Source of the DNA: Eledone cirrhosa
Lineage: Eukaryota
Reading direction: 5' to 3'
NCBI GenBank assembly: GCA_964016885.1
Contig: OZ024740.1
Location: forward strand, 268,460,001 to 268,524,000
Length of the DNA stretch: 64,000 nt
The notes under the pieces were generated by a model, which did no database searches, was not told the DNA's origin, and saw only the letters and a list, made by a program, of their open reading frames with translations. The number at the start of each line of letters is the position of its first letter. The first letter of the stretch is position 1. A program made the position numbers and the translations under genes. Shown here in pieces: positions 1-15,139 of this stretch.

Positions 1-74
1 CCCGGGCAGCACTGTGGTAGGGAGATAGACCGACGGACAAGTTACGTTTGTTGTAGATTTGATTCTAATCTCAA

Positions 75-400
75 GATAATTGTCCGGTCACTTCCTCTTC
101 GCACAGGTCACTGTCGAGACCTCAGACGTACTTGAAACCCGTACTTCTGAACTCTTCTGCAAGATCGGAATGCCAGCAGCTCGTACGAGGAAGGAGCCGC
201 TCGAGTGGGGTGGCTGTTGCAGTGGGTGTCGCCGGCCATTGTCCGCAGGAATGCTTTTGCGGTCTTGTTCACGGGTCGCAGCCTCAATACCACTGCGCCC
301 TAGGCCTAGAACCCATCATCCTCTCCATCCTTCAGTTACACTAGAACCCTTGCTTTTCCCTTTCTTTTCCATTTCCATAACCACAATAGGAATTGATACG
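75..400 (+). mobile_element. Decayed 3' fragment of a CRE-like (RLE) non-LTR retrotransposon
   Basis: Translates LSGHFLFAQVTVETS..., matching 15575-15880 (KYRGLSGHFLFAPVAVETSG) and the RLE C-terminus at 55440-55720. Confidence 0.55.
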
Positions 401-1534
401 AGGTTACCAGCAGGGTGACTAGTCTCACACAGAAAATGTGGCAGGGGTGAATAACTCGTATATTGTCTCTGTTATATATTGACATCTGGTCGTTGTGCCT
501 TGTCCCAGCTTTCGTCTGACCAGATTAAAGCGTCTACATTTCTGATTTATATGAAAGGGACATATAAGTCAAGCAGTCGATCTGGTATCAAGATCCTTTG
601 CTCTTTGGACTTGATATACTGATAGACAACACATTAAAGAATTGTAGATTATCATGGTTATGATAATTATGAATAATTTAATCATATAGGTAAAATGGAA
701 ATACAAACTAGCAATGGAGTCTTTATGTGGTCGTTTGACTGGCTAGAAATATCTGCTAAACCACCATCAAATCACACTCTTCTGTCTCCAGAAAGAAACA
801 ATGTAGACCTAGATACATTGTACCCGAAGGAAAACCCTGTGGTGGTCACGAACGCCTTTTATCATATGTTTGTTCGATTAGAGCTAGCCACTTTCCAAAC
901 AGCAATAACAAATATATAATATATATATATTTATATATATATATATATACAACATCGAAAATACAATAAAAATAAATAGAATATCATTAACTGTCTATAG
1001 TTTAACACATTGGGTAATGCAGCGCTATTACATTGTAACTGAAATAATACGCCGCGATTGTCATGACTGGAACGCATTTGATTGCAAGTCTGTTGGATTT
1101 GGCCTAGCCAGAAGCTTAACTACAACAACAACAAACACGGAAATACGATAAAATAGAAATAGAAATCGAATGTTGTTAATTTTCTTTTCATGGGTTGATC
1201 GATTATTTTGGAAATCCAGCTTCTGTCTAAAATCATATTTCTGAAATATTTATATTATTTATTCAGAAACAACGTGAGAAAATGTCCATTTCTTTTCTAA
1301 ACTGCAAATAGAAATATATTGTTGCTAGTAACTAGAAAAAACTTAGCAGCACGTTTGTTTGTACTTTGTACATCCTCGTATTACAAGGATGGGATAATAA
1401 GAAACCTGAGATTTTAACTGCTACAAATCATACAACTAAAACTTTCATGAAAACTCCACTTTAATTTAGAACAGATATTCACCAGCAAGAACGGCAGTAA
1501 CAAATGAAACAACAAAACATTAGAGTAGCTTTCA

Positions 1535-1586
<52 letters not shown>

Positions 1587-1618
1587 TCTTCCTTGCTCTC
1601 CCGTTCTCTCTCTCTCTC

Positions 1619-1726
<108 letters not shown>

Positions 1727-1835
1727 AGGAGAGCAAGGGAGAAAAAAATAATATATATATATTGTTTTTCTCTCCATTTCTTGCTCTCTCTCTCTCTCTC
1801 ACTTATTCTGCATCACGTTCTTCCAACGAGAGAGG

Positions 1836-1881
<46 letters not shown>

Positions 1882-2017
1882 TCATTAAAAATATATGAAA
1901 GAAAATGGAATAAACGGAATAAGTAGGGAAAGGGGAGCAAATAATATGTTGCGGGGGAGGGAAGGATAGGGAGAGAAAGACTGAGTAGGCTAAGGAAATA
2001 GAGGAGGGAAGAGGTGG

Positions 2018-2136
2018 AAGAAGAAGAAGAAGAAGAAGAAGAAGAAGAAGAAGAAGAAGAAGAAGAAGAAGAAGAAGAAGAAGAAGAAGAAGAAGAAGAA
2101 GAAGAAGAAGAAGAAGAAGAAGAAGAAGAAGAAGAA
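2018..2136. repeat. (GAA)n microsatellite
   Basis: Perfect GAA run. Confidence 0.98.
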
Positions 2137-2475
2137 AGTTACATCCGTAAAAGCCTTTCATCCATTGGCTACAAATGTGGGTCTGGAACGCTATCTCTTA
2201 GATAAAAAAAATAAGCAGAGATTCTCGCAATATTCGTCTTCCGGGTATTCCAATATCGAACCTCCACTGCTTTGGCAAACCACATATAAACTTTGAGAGG
2301 CAGAGAGATGCACTGCGATGTTAATTAAAGGGCTGTCGAAAATCTCAACCCACATACTATTAGACCTAAGAGATGCAAGCTCCATACAATTTGCTAATTA
2401 TTCAAGATTTAAATTCCCCCAAAGAGTGCCTCAATTTCAAGAACGAGATTTTTATATTTTGCGCAAAATTTAGGA

Positions 2476-2769
2476 CAGGCATGGGCAACTCTTTTCGAGA
2501 CGCAGGCCGCATGAGATATGTCTCATTATCAGGCGGGCCACAAGCCCTAATTTACATTCGTGCACACATTTTTAAAAAAATGGGTGGTAACTCAGGTTGT
2601 TTTGATTTGTTTCTTCAGAATTCGTACAGGTTGTTTTCCTCGATTGTAAAAATGATAGAAAGATAAATTTCAAACTGAAAAGTTGGGTAAAAAAATTCGG
2701 AAGATTTCATTTAGGTGAGTTAGGCGAGCTATTCAGAAAGTTTCGTGGGGCGCAGCTTACCCATGACTG
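2476..2769. mobile_element. hAT-like MITE
   Basis: TIRs CAGGCATGGGCAA / TTACCCATGACTG; imperfect 8-bp TSD atttagga / ctttatga. Confidence 0.6.
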
Positions 2770-3301
2770 CTTTATGATGTAACTGCTTTCTTAGAAACAT
2801 CACTCAGCAGAACACTAGCCAACTTAGCTACCTTCCTTCTCATCCCATCCTCATATCTTTGAATCGGGAGTCATGGACTTATGGACCAGCAATCTCCATT
2901 TTTTCCTGTTTCTTGTCATTGCATTACATTCTACCTGAACATTCCTTAATATCATCTGTCCATCTATTTTCTTTTCTGCCGTACACTGACCCTTTTCTTC
3001 ATATTCGTCCGTCAAGGATGTGGATAGTTAAACTTTGGGCCCTGATGACATGATTAACCTAGCATTCAAATCTACATTAATTGCCTTCTGCAAACTTCAC
3101 TTACTCATACCCCCTCTTCAGCTATTAAATCTGTCCTTCTATACATCCATGTAACGAATATCGATAATTGCATTCCAAAATATCTTGACCGACTGTGACA
3201 AAGAGACTTTTACACTTCCCTAGCTTCAGTATAAATCTATTTTCATTTGAAAATATATTTATATATATATATATATAATGTATAAAAATCAATACAATAT
3301 A

Positions 3302-3379
3302 ATTACCTCATTACCAGAGGTTTCCCGAATGAGGCGAATACGAAATAAACGTCTTCATTCGTTCGTCAGACGAGGCAAT
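3302..3379 (-). ncRNA. Type I hammerhead ribozyme, intact core
   Basis: Minus strand: stem I AUUGCCUCGU/AUGAGGUAAU, CUGACGA, stem II CGAAUGA/UCAUUCG, GAAA, stem III ACC-UCU-GGU, GUA site. Confidence 0.85.
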
Positions 3380-3477
3380 ATAAATTTTGCTCTGATACTT
3401 ACATAGAGCACTCTTCATTTCTATGACCTTTTCTATTTCCAACGGAAATTTCAATACATATATATATATATATATAT

Positions 3478-3830
3478 TAGAAAGTGAGGTTTTTTATACA
3501 AAATGAAAAATAACCGAGGTATCCTACACGAGTGAAAGTATAAAGAAAAAGAGATGAAATCGAAAATGCAACTGGAGTCTTATTTTTTTTTTAAATATAT
3601 ATATTTATTTGGTTCCTTTACCGGTTTCGCAGTTCTTCTGCTTTTCAAAAGGTGATTGAGATGGAGGGTCTGTGGTTTTTCTCAGTGAGAAAAATCACAG
3701 ACCCTCCATCTCAACTCACCTTTTGAAAAGCAGAAGAACTACGAAACCGGTAAAGGAACCAAATAAATATATATATTTTTTAAAAAAATAAGACTCCAGT
3801 TGCATTTTCGATTTCATCTCTTTTTCTTTA
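3478..3830. mobile_element. Fold-back mini-element with U3-A8 HHR in both arms (3615-3652 minus, 3719-3756 plus)
   Basis: Inverted arms of about 145 bp, apex near 3685, extra left tail, (TA)n on both sides; CCUU-UUGAAAA-GCAGaagaaCUGC-GAAACCGGUA-AAGG; relative at 52790-52930. Confidence 0.8.
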
Positions 3831-3912
3831 TATATATATATATATATATATACTGTATATATATGTGTATATATATATATATATACTGTATATATATATG
3901 TATATATATATA

Positions 3913-3945
<33 letters not shown>

Positions 3946-4033
3946 CTGTATATATATGTATATATATATATATATATATGTATATGTATATATATATGTA
4001 TATATTATTGGCAACATGATCCTCCCAAAGCAT

Positions 4034-4131
<98 letters not shown>

Positions 4132-4303
4132 CCAGTTGATGAGTAATAAAAATATTGAATCATCTGATGCATTAGAGATTTTCCGATTCTGATCACCATT
4201 ACGTCTGATGAGCAAATCGATCCAAGAGTCAAAGCTTAATGTAACCAATTAAGGCTAGGTGCTGATCGTATGCAAATCACATCACACACACACACACACA
4301 CAT

Positions 4304-4388
<85 letters not shown>

Positions 4389-4406
4389 TATATATATCTA
4401 TATATA

Positions 4407-4452
<46 letters not shown>

Positions 4453-4453
<1 letters not shown>

Positions 4454-4632
4454 GGAAAGAGTCAGGACCCCGACGGCTGAGCTCCGGTCGTTGCGCCAGC
4501 TAGATCTATTGAAACGGCCGGAGCTCAGCCGCTGGGTTCCTGACTTTTTTCCTATTACCCACTCTACTACTCTAAATATCGAGAACTCTGGTGCGTTATG
4601 GTCCACCTGGTATCTTACCTCACCTTCTTTGT

Positions 4633-4634
<2 letters not shown>
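4453..4634 (+). mobile_element. Family A fold-back element (3' half of HHR)
   Basis: Homologous to 26795-26903, 30573-30747, 30771-30973, 31640-31743 and 36508-36745; flanked by (TA)n. Confidence 0.75.
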
Positions 4635-4706
<72 letters not shown>

Positions 4707-4707
<1 letters not shown>

Positions 4708-5520
4708 TTCTTTCGTTACTTTGGTATTGTATGGTTGGGTTTTGCCTACCGCAATGTTCAATTTGTCAAGCTATTTATACGTATGTTATTACTCTAAGGA
4801 CCTACCAACCCTTATTGAGTGCTTTGTTAACTCATTCCTATTGTAGGTCGACTTTGCTTGGCTACAACCAAAGCTTTGATTATACTAAGCTTCCACTTGT
4901 ATTATTCTCCTAGATTTAATAAATAACTAATTAATGTAATTAGACAATTCTGTTGATTGGTTAATTATTTGTGTTTGTTTAATAACATCTGGTTGAGAGC
5001 TTTTATTCGGAACGTTTGAGCGGAAATTATAATATTTCCCTTGTTAACACTTTGAATTTACCCGCCAAAAACCGGGGGTTGCTTCCCTTGTTGGAAATAA
5101 CACGTGACAACGAAATGTTCGTAGGCTGCCTTCTGTAGCGGTCGCATTTAGTTTATTCACACCAGTTTGAAGCAGAACGGAATCCCTGTTGATGAAATGC
5201 ATCCTCTGTTTGATCATGGAATACCACGAGCTTGCGTGTTACATAAGTTGGATAAATGATTTTGGATTCATAGAAATACCTCAGACGTATATCGTTTGAT
5301 TTGTGCAGGTGTGTTGTTTAACCTGTTAGTTCTTTCGTTACTTTGGTATTGTATGGTTGGGTTTTGCCTACCGCAATGTTCAATTTGTCAAGCTATTTAA
5401 ACGTATGTTATTACTCTAAGGACCTACCCTAATTGAGTGCTTTGCTAACTCATTCCTATTGTAGGTCGACTTTGCTTGGCCACAGCCAAAGCTTCGATTT
5501 TACTAAGCTTCCACTTGTAT
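4707..5520 (+). mobile_element. Partial-tandem element (about 200-bp direct repeats, unit about 620 bp) with degenerate long-stem-II HHR at 5185-5284
   Basis: 4707-4910 repeated at 5329-5520; CUG-UUGAUGA-AUGCAUCC...GGAUUCAU-GAAA...CAG. Confidence 0.6.
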
Positions 5521-5524
5521 ATAT

Positions 5525-5860
5525 ATATATATATAAGTAAAAAACAAAAAATGAAAACAATAACAAAGAGTGTAGTACGAACAGTGTGGTATTAGGTTCA
5601 CGCTTGAAAGTGGGGATGGGGAACGACGTTTCGGGAATAAGCCCTTCATCAGGAGAAAAGTGGGAAGGAAAAGAGTTCCGAGGGTGTGAGCAGGAGTGGA
5701 GGAAAGACATTAAAAAGGGGGAAAAAATTAAAAGGAAGGAAAATAAATTAAAAGAAGGGGAAAAAAATTCCTGAAAGGCTGATGCTAATGTCCGTAAGAC
5801 TCTATTCCTACTATATCAAGCGTGTCGTTTGCTTTGTTATTTCTGTTTACTTTTTCATAT
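5525..5860. mobile_element. PLE-terminus-like element with minimal HHR core (5622-5660, minus)
   Basis: CUGAUGA-AGGGcuuauuCCC-GAAACGUC; shares the ctatatcaagcg block with 21690-22440; stem I poor. Confidence 0.5.
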
Positions 5861-6606
5861 ATGCATATATATATAGATAGATAGATATAGATATCATAAT
5901 TTTTTTAATTAACAAATTACGTTAACAATATGTAAACACTTTTAAAAAAGAGGTTGTCGGCGATTTAATTTTGTAAACTTATTGATTGTATGTAATTTTC
6001 GTGTTTTGTCATTATTCTTTACAACCTAAAGATTAGTTAGCATGCTAGATATAAAAGCCAAATCTTATCCGAGCGTGTTAAATAAAAAATATTCGGGACA
6101 GACCCCAACGTATTAAACGAGTTGGTAAGGAGACATTAAATAATGTATTCCTAGATACAAAATCCCTAATATGGGACGCGGTGCACAGCGGCTCGTTCTT
6201 CGCCTCCAACCTTGTCGTTTAGGCCTCAAACCCAGACTCCACCGCCCGCAATGCGGAGGAGAGGAAGATAGTCAAATACCGGGGCCTGAACGACCGATTA
6301 CTTTTTCCACCGGTCTCCGTCAAGACATCTGGCGCCCTTTGTCTCCTGCTCTGCTAATTTCCTCGGTAAAGTCAGAAAGTCGGCGTCCCCCTTGAGGCGG
6401 GAGCCTCGTAATGTGGGAAATATGTTAGAACCGATGTCTCTGATCATTCGCCGTGGTAATGCTCTTGTCATTTTGTCCGCGGAGTGTGGCTGATGCACCA
6501 CGACTGGGGTGTAGCGTCTGTCACTCCACTTCTCCGTTACTTGGTCCTTCTTTCTTTTTCTCCTTTTCATATCCTTTTTTTACTCCATTTTCTGTTGCCT
6601 TTAATA

Positions 6607-6812
6607 ATGATTTCTAGTATAGGCACAAGGTCAGTAATTTATTTTTGGGGGGAGTCGATTAAATCGACCCAGTACGTCACTGGTGCTTTATTTTATCGAC
6701 CCCGTAAGGATGAAAGGCAAAGTTAACCTCGGTGGGATGTGAACTCAGACCATAAAGGACCGTAACTCTATGCTGCAAAGCATGGTGTCCGATTCTACCG
6801 ATACTGCCAATG
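6607..6812 (-). mobile_element. tRNA-derived SINE with Meta-like core
   Basis: B box GAGTTCACATCCC and core TTTGCCTTTCATCCTTACGGGGTCGATAAAATAAAG; many copies in the window. Confidence 0.85.
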
Positions 6813-7484
6813 TTGTTTCTATTAGATAGTGCTGAATAATGTTTCTATAATGTAGTTTTATAATTAAATCTGTCTACAATTGATTGTGATAAAAGATGGG
6901 ATTGTCCCTGCAAACATTCTTCCGTTTCATATAGAGATGAATGACATCAGCCATTAAGGATTCCATAGACACTTAATAAAGATACTTTTATTTTAAATTA
7001 TACTCGCAAGAACGGAAACAAATATAATCGAAAAGAAATAGCAAAGAAAATGCAAAAGATAGGAATTTGAATGATTATATCTAAAGTTTTAATGATTAAA
7101 CAATTGTGGATCCATATATTCGCGTTGAATAATGATAAGACATTCATTCGCTATGACTTATATATATCTTTTCCTTTTTAACTTTTCGTTTTCGTACAAT
7201 GAAAATGGCTTTGTTTTACTGGCAGCATTTTCAACAAACGACCATCTTGCTTTCCATTAAAGCACTTATTCAAACCTTTGGCTGAGATATTGATGGCCAT
7301 TTGATTCACTCGTTCAGTCTGTTATCATTTTACAACAAAACTGCTTTTTGTGATGAAGAAATAAAGAATTATTTAATAACGTACAAAAGATAAAAACAGT
7401 TTGCTTTCAACTAATTCACACTTGTCTCATCAAACAAACCTATAGGATGTGCACTCTTTACATATTTTGTTCCACTTTGTTCTC

Positions 7485-8745
<1,261 letters not shown>

Positions 8746-8805
8746 ACATTCTATATTACAACGTAGGGCCTTCTATGTACTTATTAATTTGTACGGCTTG
8801 TTTTT

Positions 8806-8814
8806 ATTGTTGTT

Positions 8815-8863
<49 letters not shown>

Positions 8864-8928
8864 CAGTAGTAGTAGTAGTAGTGGTAGAGGTGGTGGTGGT
8901 GGTGGTCGTCGTCGTCGTCGTCGTCATC

Positions 8929-8965
<37 letters not shown>

Positions 8966-9192
8966 AGGTAGTAGTAGTTGTGGTAGATGTGCTGGTGGTG
9001 GTGGTGGTGGCGGTGGTCGTCGTCGTCGTAGTAGTAGTAGTAGTTTTAGTAGTAGTAGTAGTAATAGTAGTGGTAGAGGTGGTGGTCGTGGAGGTGGTGG
9101 TGGTGGTCGTCGTCGTCATCGTCGTCGTAGTAGTAGTAGTAGTAGTAGTGGTGGTAGAGGTGCTGGTGGTGGCGGCGGTGGTCGTCGTCGTC

Positions 9193-9253
<61 letters not shown>

Positions 9254-9392
9254 AGGTAGTACTAGTGGTGGTAGAGGTGCTGGTGGTGGCGGCGGTGGTC
9301 GTCGTCGTCGCCGTAGTAGTAGTAGTAGTTTTAGTAGTAGTAGTAGTAGTAGTAATAGTAGTAGTAGTAGTTGTTGTTGTTGGTGTTGTTGT
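8806..9392. repeat. Compound (GTA/GGT/GTC)n trinucleotide array
   Basis: Directly visible. Confidence 0.95.
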
Positions 9393-9746
9393 TCCAGCTT
9401 GGATACACAAAGACACGTTAAGTATTATCTGAGGCTATTTTATATACAATAATCAATTATAAAAGATCACAACAGAATTTGCTTAATTTTATGTATATAT
9501 AAATATTTCTTTCTCTCTCTTACTCTTGCACTATCTCTCTTTTTCTCCCTCTCTCCCCCTCATATCATCCCCCATCTTTCTCTCTACATATATATATATT
9601 CATTTCATCATGGCCATATAGTGAGTCTTGTTATTGTGGAGATTCGCCTGCTTTTCACACGTTCATAAGACAAGAACTAAATTTCAATAGCAGAGACAGT
9701 ACAGATATAGGGAAGACACAAGGGGGGATATATATATATATATATT

Positions 9747-9848
<102 letters not shown>

Positions 9849-10984
9849 CGACAAAACCAATTAAATTTTACGTTTCAACAAACATGCTATGTTATTCGCA
9901 CTCCAGATACGTGACTGTAGGTAAATACTTGGAAACCAAAAACGGCAATATTCCAGTACTATGAAGAATGAAGGAGCCTGTAACTGGTGACTTGACCTGC
10001 TAGAAATAGCATCTAAATCTCCCGCTAATCACACCCTATTGTCCTAAATGGGATCGATTTTGCCTTTCATCGATTCAAGGTTGATAAAAAAATGTACCAG
10101 TCTAGTACTGGGTAGATTCTTCCTTTATATCTCAATCTCCATTCCATTCTATCAGTCTCTATCTCTTTCTGGAAGAAATCTGCTGTATTCAAAGCCAGAG
10201 AAGAGATGGAGTTACAGCACCATACGTACATATAGTGGATCATATGATGGATAATGAATTCCTATGTACACCAAGGTTGGAAAACAAAACCACCCAAGAG
10301 GGTCACGAATTAAATGCCATTAATTATAGGTAAGTTCAACCTGTTTGCAAATGGAGCTATAATATAACAACAGCATAAACTGATCTCTCATAGAGCCAGG
10401 CTATACGGTAAAGGACTAGCACAAGTGATAATTGGCTTGCGTGAGATAAACCATACAGATATAGGAGTTGAACATAAATGGCATCTGTCCATAATTTCTC
10501 CATTGTTCTTGCTTAATCCCAGGATTATGATCCCAAGTGTTCCAGTCGTGAACACACTGTCACGTAATGTGTTTAGTCTTACACTATCGCAAGCGTACGT
10601 CCAGTTCTGTTTTCAATGGTGATATGTAACGATTTGAGACATATTTGGTTGCTTTTTCTATCAGCTTAATGGTTAATATTTTGTTTCCAGAAATTTCCAC
10701 AGCTGAGAAGACAGGGCATCACTATATAATCTACCTATTGTTGATATGTTGATGTTTAGCACCATCTAGAAGCAGGCCAAGCAAGCATATAATCTAATTC
10801 AATTATTGCCTTGAATATGTGGAAGAAGCTCAAAAGGACTAATTGTATGGATAACGTAAACAGATCAATAGTTATCTGAAACGAAAAGAGATCTAAACCA
10901 TAGACCCATGCCTGTGCCTATATATTTATATCTATATATATAAGAAACCTATATCTATATATATATACAACATATATATATATT

Positions 10985-11975
10985 TATTCAGGTTTGAGGT
11001 TCACCACTGGATAGAGCTGGATAGAGCTGGTCAATTCCGCATGGTCAATCTTAATGTAATAATATGGAGAGTACTCAACGTAAAGCAGTTCAACCGTCTT
11101 TGTTTTTGTAGGTGGTGGTGCTAGTACGGAGTTAAATATTATAATGACATGACAGGAGGCTGGACTTGTGTAAATCCTTGAAATGTTTATTATACTATGA
11201 TCATTTCAATGACCGGGTTCCGTATGAATCCGGTTATATCATCAGGTATTCGAAATATAATAAATGAATGTAATAGATAAAATCCATGGGGCTGAAAATC
11301 AAAGACCGGGGGACGACCGCCATCCAGCATCTTCCACCTTTGCCGGTCGCCCTCGAGTGAGGTGGTTAAAGCTTACAGTCAGGCCAGGAATGTCTTTATT
11401 CTTGTGGCATGATATTAACGCTGACTTATCTTCCTCCCCCTTTTTTTGTTTGCCTATATTTGACCGGTAGTAGTTGTTAAGATACGGATCCCTTAGAATA
11501 AACATTTTTTCGCGACATTCCTGGCCTGACTGTAGTTTGACATTAGTACCGACCTTTCTTCCTCTTTCTTTCTGTCTTTCTTCTTGTAGCTCGACACTAA
11601 CCCTGACTTTTCTTCTTCTTTTTCTTCCTTCCCCCTTCTTTTTTCTTTTTTTCTTGTGGCATGATATTAAGGCTGACTTATCCTCCTCTCCCTTTCTGTT
11701 TTCCTCTATTTGACCGGTAGTAGCACACTATAAGCTTTAGCCACCTCACTCGAGGGCGACCGGCAAAGGTGGAAGATGCTGGATGGCGGTCGTCCCCCGG
11801 TCTTTGATTTTCAGCCCCATGGATTTTATCTATTACATTCATTTATTATATTTCGAATACCTGATGATATCACCGGATTCATACGGAACCCGGTCATTGA
11901 AATGATCATAGTATAATAAACCTTTCAAGGATTTACACAAGTCCAGCCTCCTGCCATGTCATTATTTCATTATAA
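10985..11975. mobile_element. Large fold-back element with HHR in both arms (11192-11249 minus, 11857-11914 plus)
   Basis: Arms 11141-11376 / 11731-11966; AUAC-CUGAUGA-...ACCGG..CCGGU...-GAA-AUGAUCAU-A-GUAU. Confidence 0.8.
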
Positions 11976-11994
11976 TATATATATATATATATAT

Positions 11995-12335
11995 AGATAG
12001 ATATATATATTTGTTGAATTACCAACAAATTAAATATCCCTTTGCTTATATATATAGAGATATACTTGTGTGTATATATATATATATATAAGCAAAAGGC
12101 ATATTTAATTTGTTGGTAATTTAACAAATATAAATGTTTATAACTGATTTTATGATATTAAATAAATGGAAACTATATTTATAAAACCATATTTATTCTA
12201 TTATATATATTTCAAGGGTACCAAAACTTTGGTTCGCTCTCATCAGATAAAATACAAAGTTTGTTTTATAAATATTTACATAACCAGGAAGAAGACCTTA
12301 ACGGTTCAAGTTGTTCCTGGATAGTAAAGGGAAAA
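11995..12335 (-). mobile_element. 3' terminus of the Naiad-type PLE family with HHR (about 12198-12250)
   Basis: Homologous to 31783-31975, 34270-34330 and 45605-45710; UUAU-CUGAUGA-..ACCAA..UUGGU..-GAA-AUAUAUAU-A-AUAG. Confidence 0.7.
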
Positions 12336-12940
12336 TATATACATATGTGGTGTGTGTGTGTTTCTGTGTACATAAACACACACATATGTATATATATATA
12401 TATGTATATATAAGCTAGATCAAATGAGTTGATAATACAACTGTATAAAGCAGACAGATATTCAAAGCTCGAATGCAATTTTATTAACACAGTGATAGTT
12501 CAAAATTTAATCCAATTTGTAAATTTTCAGTCATAGTAGATGGGCATACGTAAACCCACGTGTGTGGGTGTGTGTGTGTGGAGGGGTAGGGGGTGCGTGC
12601 GTATGATGTGTGTGTGCCTGTATATATGTATGTGTGTATACGTACACAATATTAAAAAATAGTCGTCACTTTTAACTTAAGAGTTCTTAAGAATTTATCC
12701 TGTTGATTGATATAAGCTTCCATAATTTTATATGTTTTCTTAACATATTATATACTTAAAAGTAAAATTGGTCATAATTATAATTAATAAGTGTTATTAA
12801 ATTGATAAACCCTAATATCACACCTATAATGTTTATTCGAGTCGAAAGAGGAGTGATAAACATGACAGTCAAATTAACCGCTACATAGTATATGTATCAC
12901 TAAAATTATTATTTTACTTTTTACTCGTCTATATATATAT

Positions 12941-13124
12941 AATTGTCTCTACTTTAGGCACAAGGCCAGCAATTACCCAGTACATTACTGGTACTTTATT
13001 TTATCGACCCCGTAAGGATGAAAGGCAAAGTTAACCTCGGCGAGATTTGAACTCAGATCATAAAGGGACGTAACTATATGCTTCAAAGCATACGTCCGAC
13101 TGTCTACCGATACTGCCAATCCAC
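12941..13124 (-). mobile_element. tRNA-derived Meta-like SINE
   Basis: Same family core. Confidence 0.85.
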
Positions 13125-13547
13125 CCTAACCCTGCGTGCGTGTTGTATCGGCAGTATGATCATCACAATATACATATGTATAAATGTCTACTCCATTTTT
13201 TTATTATAAATAAATAGAAATAAAAAATGGAGTAGACATTACAATACAACGGGAGGAAACATAATAGTACCACTGATGTTGTCACAGGTGTGTGATGAAA
13301 GAACTTTAATAGACTATATATATATATATTTATATATATATTTTTAATGGTTGTTCAATCAATGATAAACATTGATTGCCAGCTGAATTAACTATAGCGA
13401 TATAAAATATACAGAAGCGAAAACCAATCCAAACCAAACAGTGAGTGTGTTTTATTATTATTTTTGGCAATAACATAACAATATATATATATATATAAAT
13501 ATATATATGCAGACTTACATTTATATATATATATGCAGACTTACATT

Positions 13548-13601
<54 letters not shown>

Positions 13602-14496
13602 TTTGTGTGTGTTTATGTTTACATACGTCTGTGTGTGTTTGCTTCTGTCTATGTGTTATTGAAGTGAACTTACTAATGAGTATGACAATTGCTTGTTAAT
13701 GAACAGCAAAGTGAAGATATTTTCACCATGCATGATTTGAAGTTTTTACCGCAACATCGATATAAATGTCTCTTCTGAGTTAAATGCAATACCAAATCCT
13801 GATAATTGGCATTTTGTATTGATGTGTGTCTCATCAGACCACCAATAAATGACATATGTTCTTTCAGATGGGAATCCTCTATTATGATCTTGCTTTGGCT
13901 CACGTAACCTTGAGAGACTTAGAAAACCAGCCTTAAAAAGACTAACTCGGTCCCAAATGAAGCTTATTCATTTTCATATCAAATTTGAGACAATCTGTGC
14001 ATCTTAATTTAGGTTTATACGGCACGATGTGTCATCAGCATATAAAATGTCTTTTATTAGAAATATAAAAATGTGCGATTAGATTTAAGCCATTTCAATT
14101 TGAACAATTTACGAGTGGTGCAGTAAGATGTTAAAGACATCTAGAGCAGTCTCTGAAATTTGTAGCAAATCAGGTAAGAGCTGTTATATCATCCTGTTCA
14201 GACCACCACTGCTGAATTCTTTCTATACAGCTACTGCAATCTTGTTTACCCACTGACACTCATCAGGGTTCAGGCACCAGAAATGAATGGTTCTGAAGAA
14301 GATAAATAACTGTTTCTTGAGAAAATAAAGTTTTATTTGGAGGATCCCAGTTGTAAATAAAATAACTCTGAGAGACTTTCAGACACGAGTGAAAATATTG
14401 AAATATGAGACTGTTTTGGACATTATAGCATGAATCAATCAAACTTTATTTGTTTACTTTAGTTATTACAATACTTGTATCAGCTTTAGTTAGATA

Positions 14497-14725
14497 AAGA
14501 AGGATGAGATACACTATCGAAACAAAGACGAGCTTGTTAGCAGTCTTTGTTTATGGATGCCAACCCATGGACACTCTCGCATCGGGCGTCCTCGGATGAC
14601 TCATATCAACCAACTGATTAAAGATGCTGGTTTGACAATTGAAGTCCTGAAAACAGCAATGGAAGACAGGGACATCTGGAGAGAGAGGATGGAGTTGACT
14701 CAGGCAATTCACCCGATCCGATGAT
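14497..14725 (+). mobile_element. RTE-like LINE 3' fragment
   Basis: LLWMPTHGHSRIGRPRMTHINQLIKDAG; homologous to 63365-63595 (minus). Confidence 0.6.
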
Positions 14726-15139
14726 TAATATGCACAAAATTAAATTTGACTAACAATTCATTGAACATAAATTCAGAAAGAAACCAAGATGCACCCCGAT
14801 TCCAAGAAATGGCATATGATTGCCTATGCTTTAAATACAAGAAGGGTTTCAGTGGTTTGAGTGATGTCAGAGTCTTAGGGGGCGCAGTACTCTGATACCA
14901 GTTGTAAGTCGTACGGACTAAACGATAGTTCAAAGTAAGACGTAAATATAGAAAGCAGAATTTTCAAGGCTTGATATTGCAAAATTAAAAGAAAACTCTA
15001 TCAGTCAAGAGTGTGAATAGAGCTTTACTTCTTCGGAAGATAGTACAACATGAGATGTTTTCTAAAACAAGGTTTATACGAAATATCAAACGAGGTATAA
15101 ATGATTACAATGTTGGTAAGCATGACTTGGTTTGACGAT

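Noticed and set aside
4198-4245. Hammerhead candidate (TTACGT-CTGATGA...AAAGCTTA-ATGTAA)
   Set aside because: G12 missing and stem II unpaired; at best a dead remnant, as is 13268-13310
13640-14450. Possible host exons in unique-looking sequence
   Set aside because: No convincing ORF, domain motif or consistent splice pair
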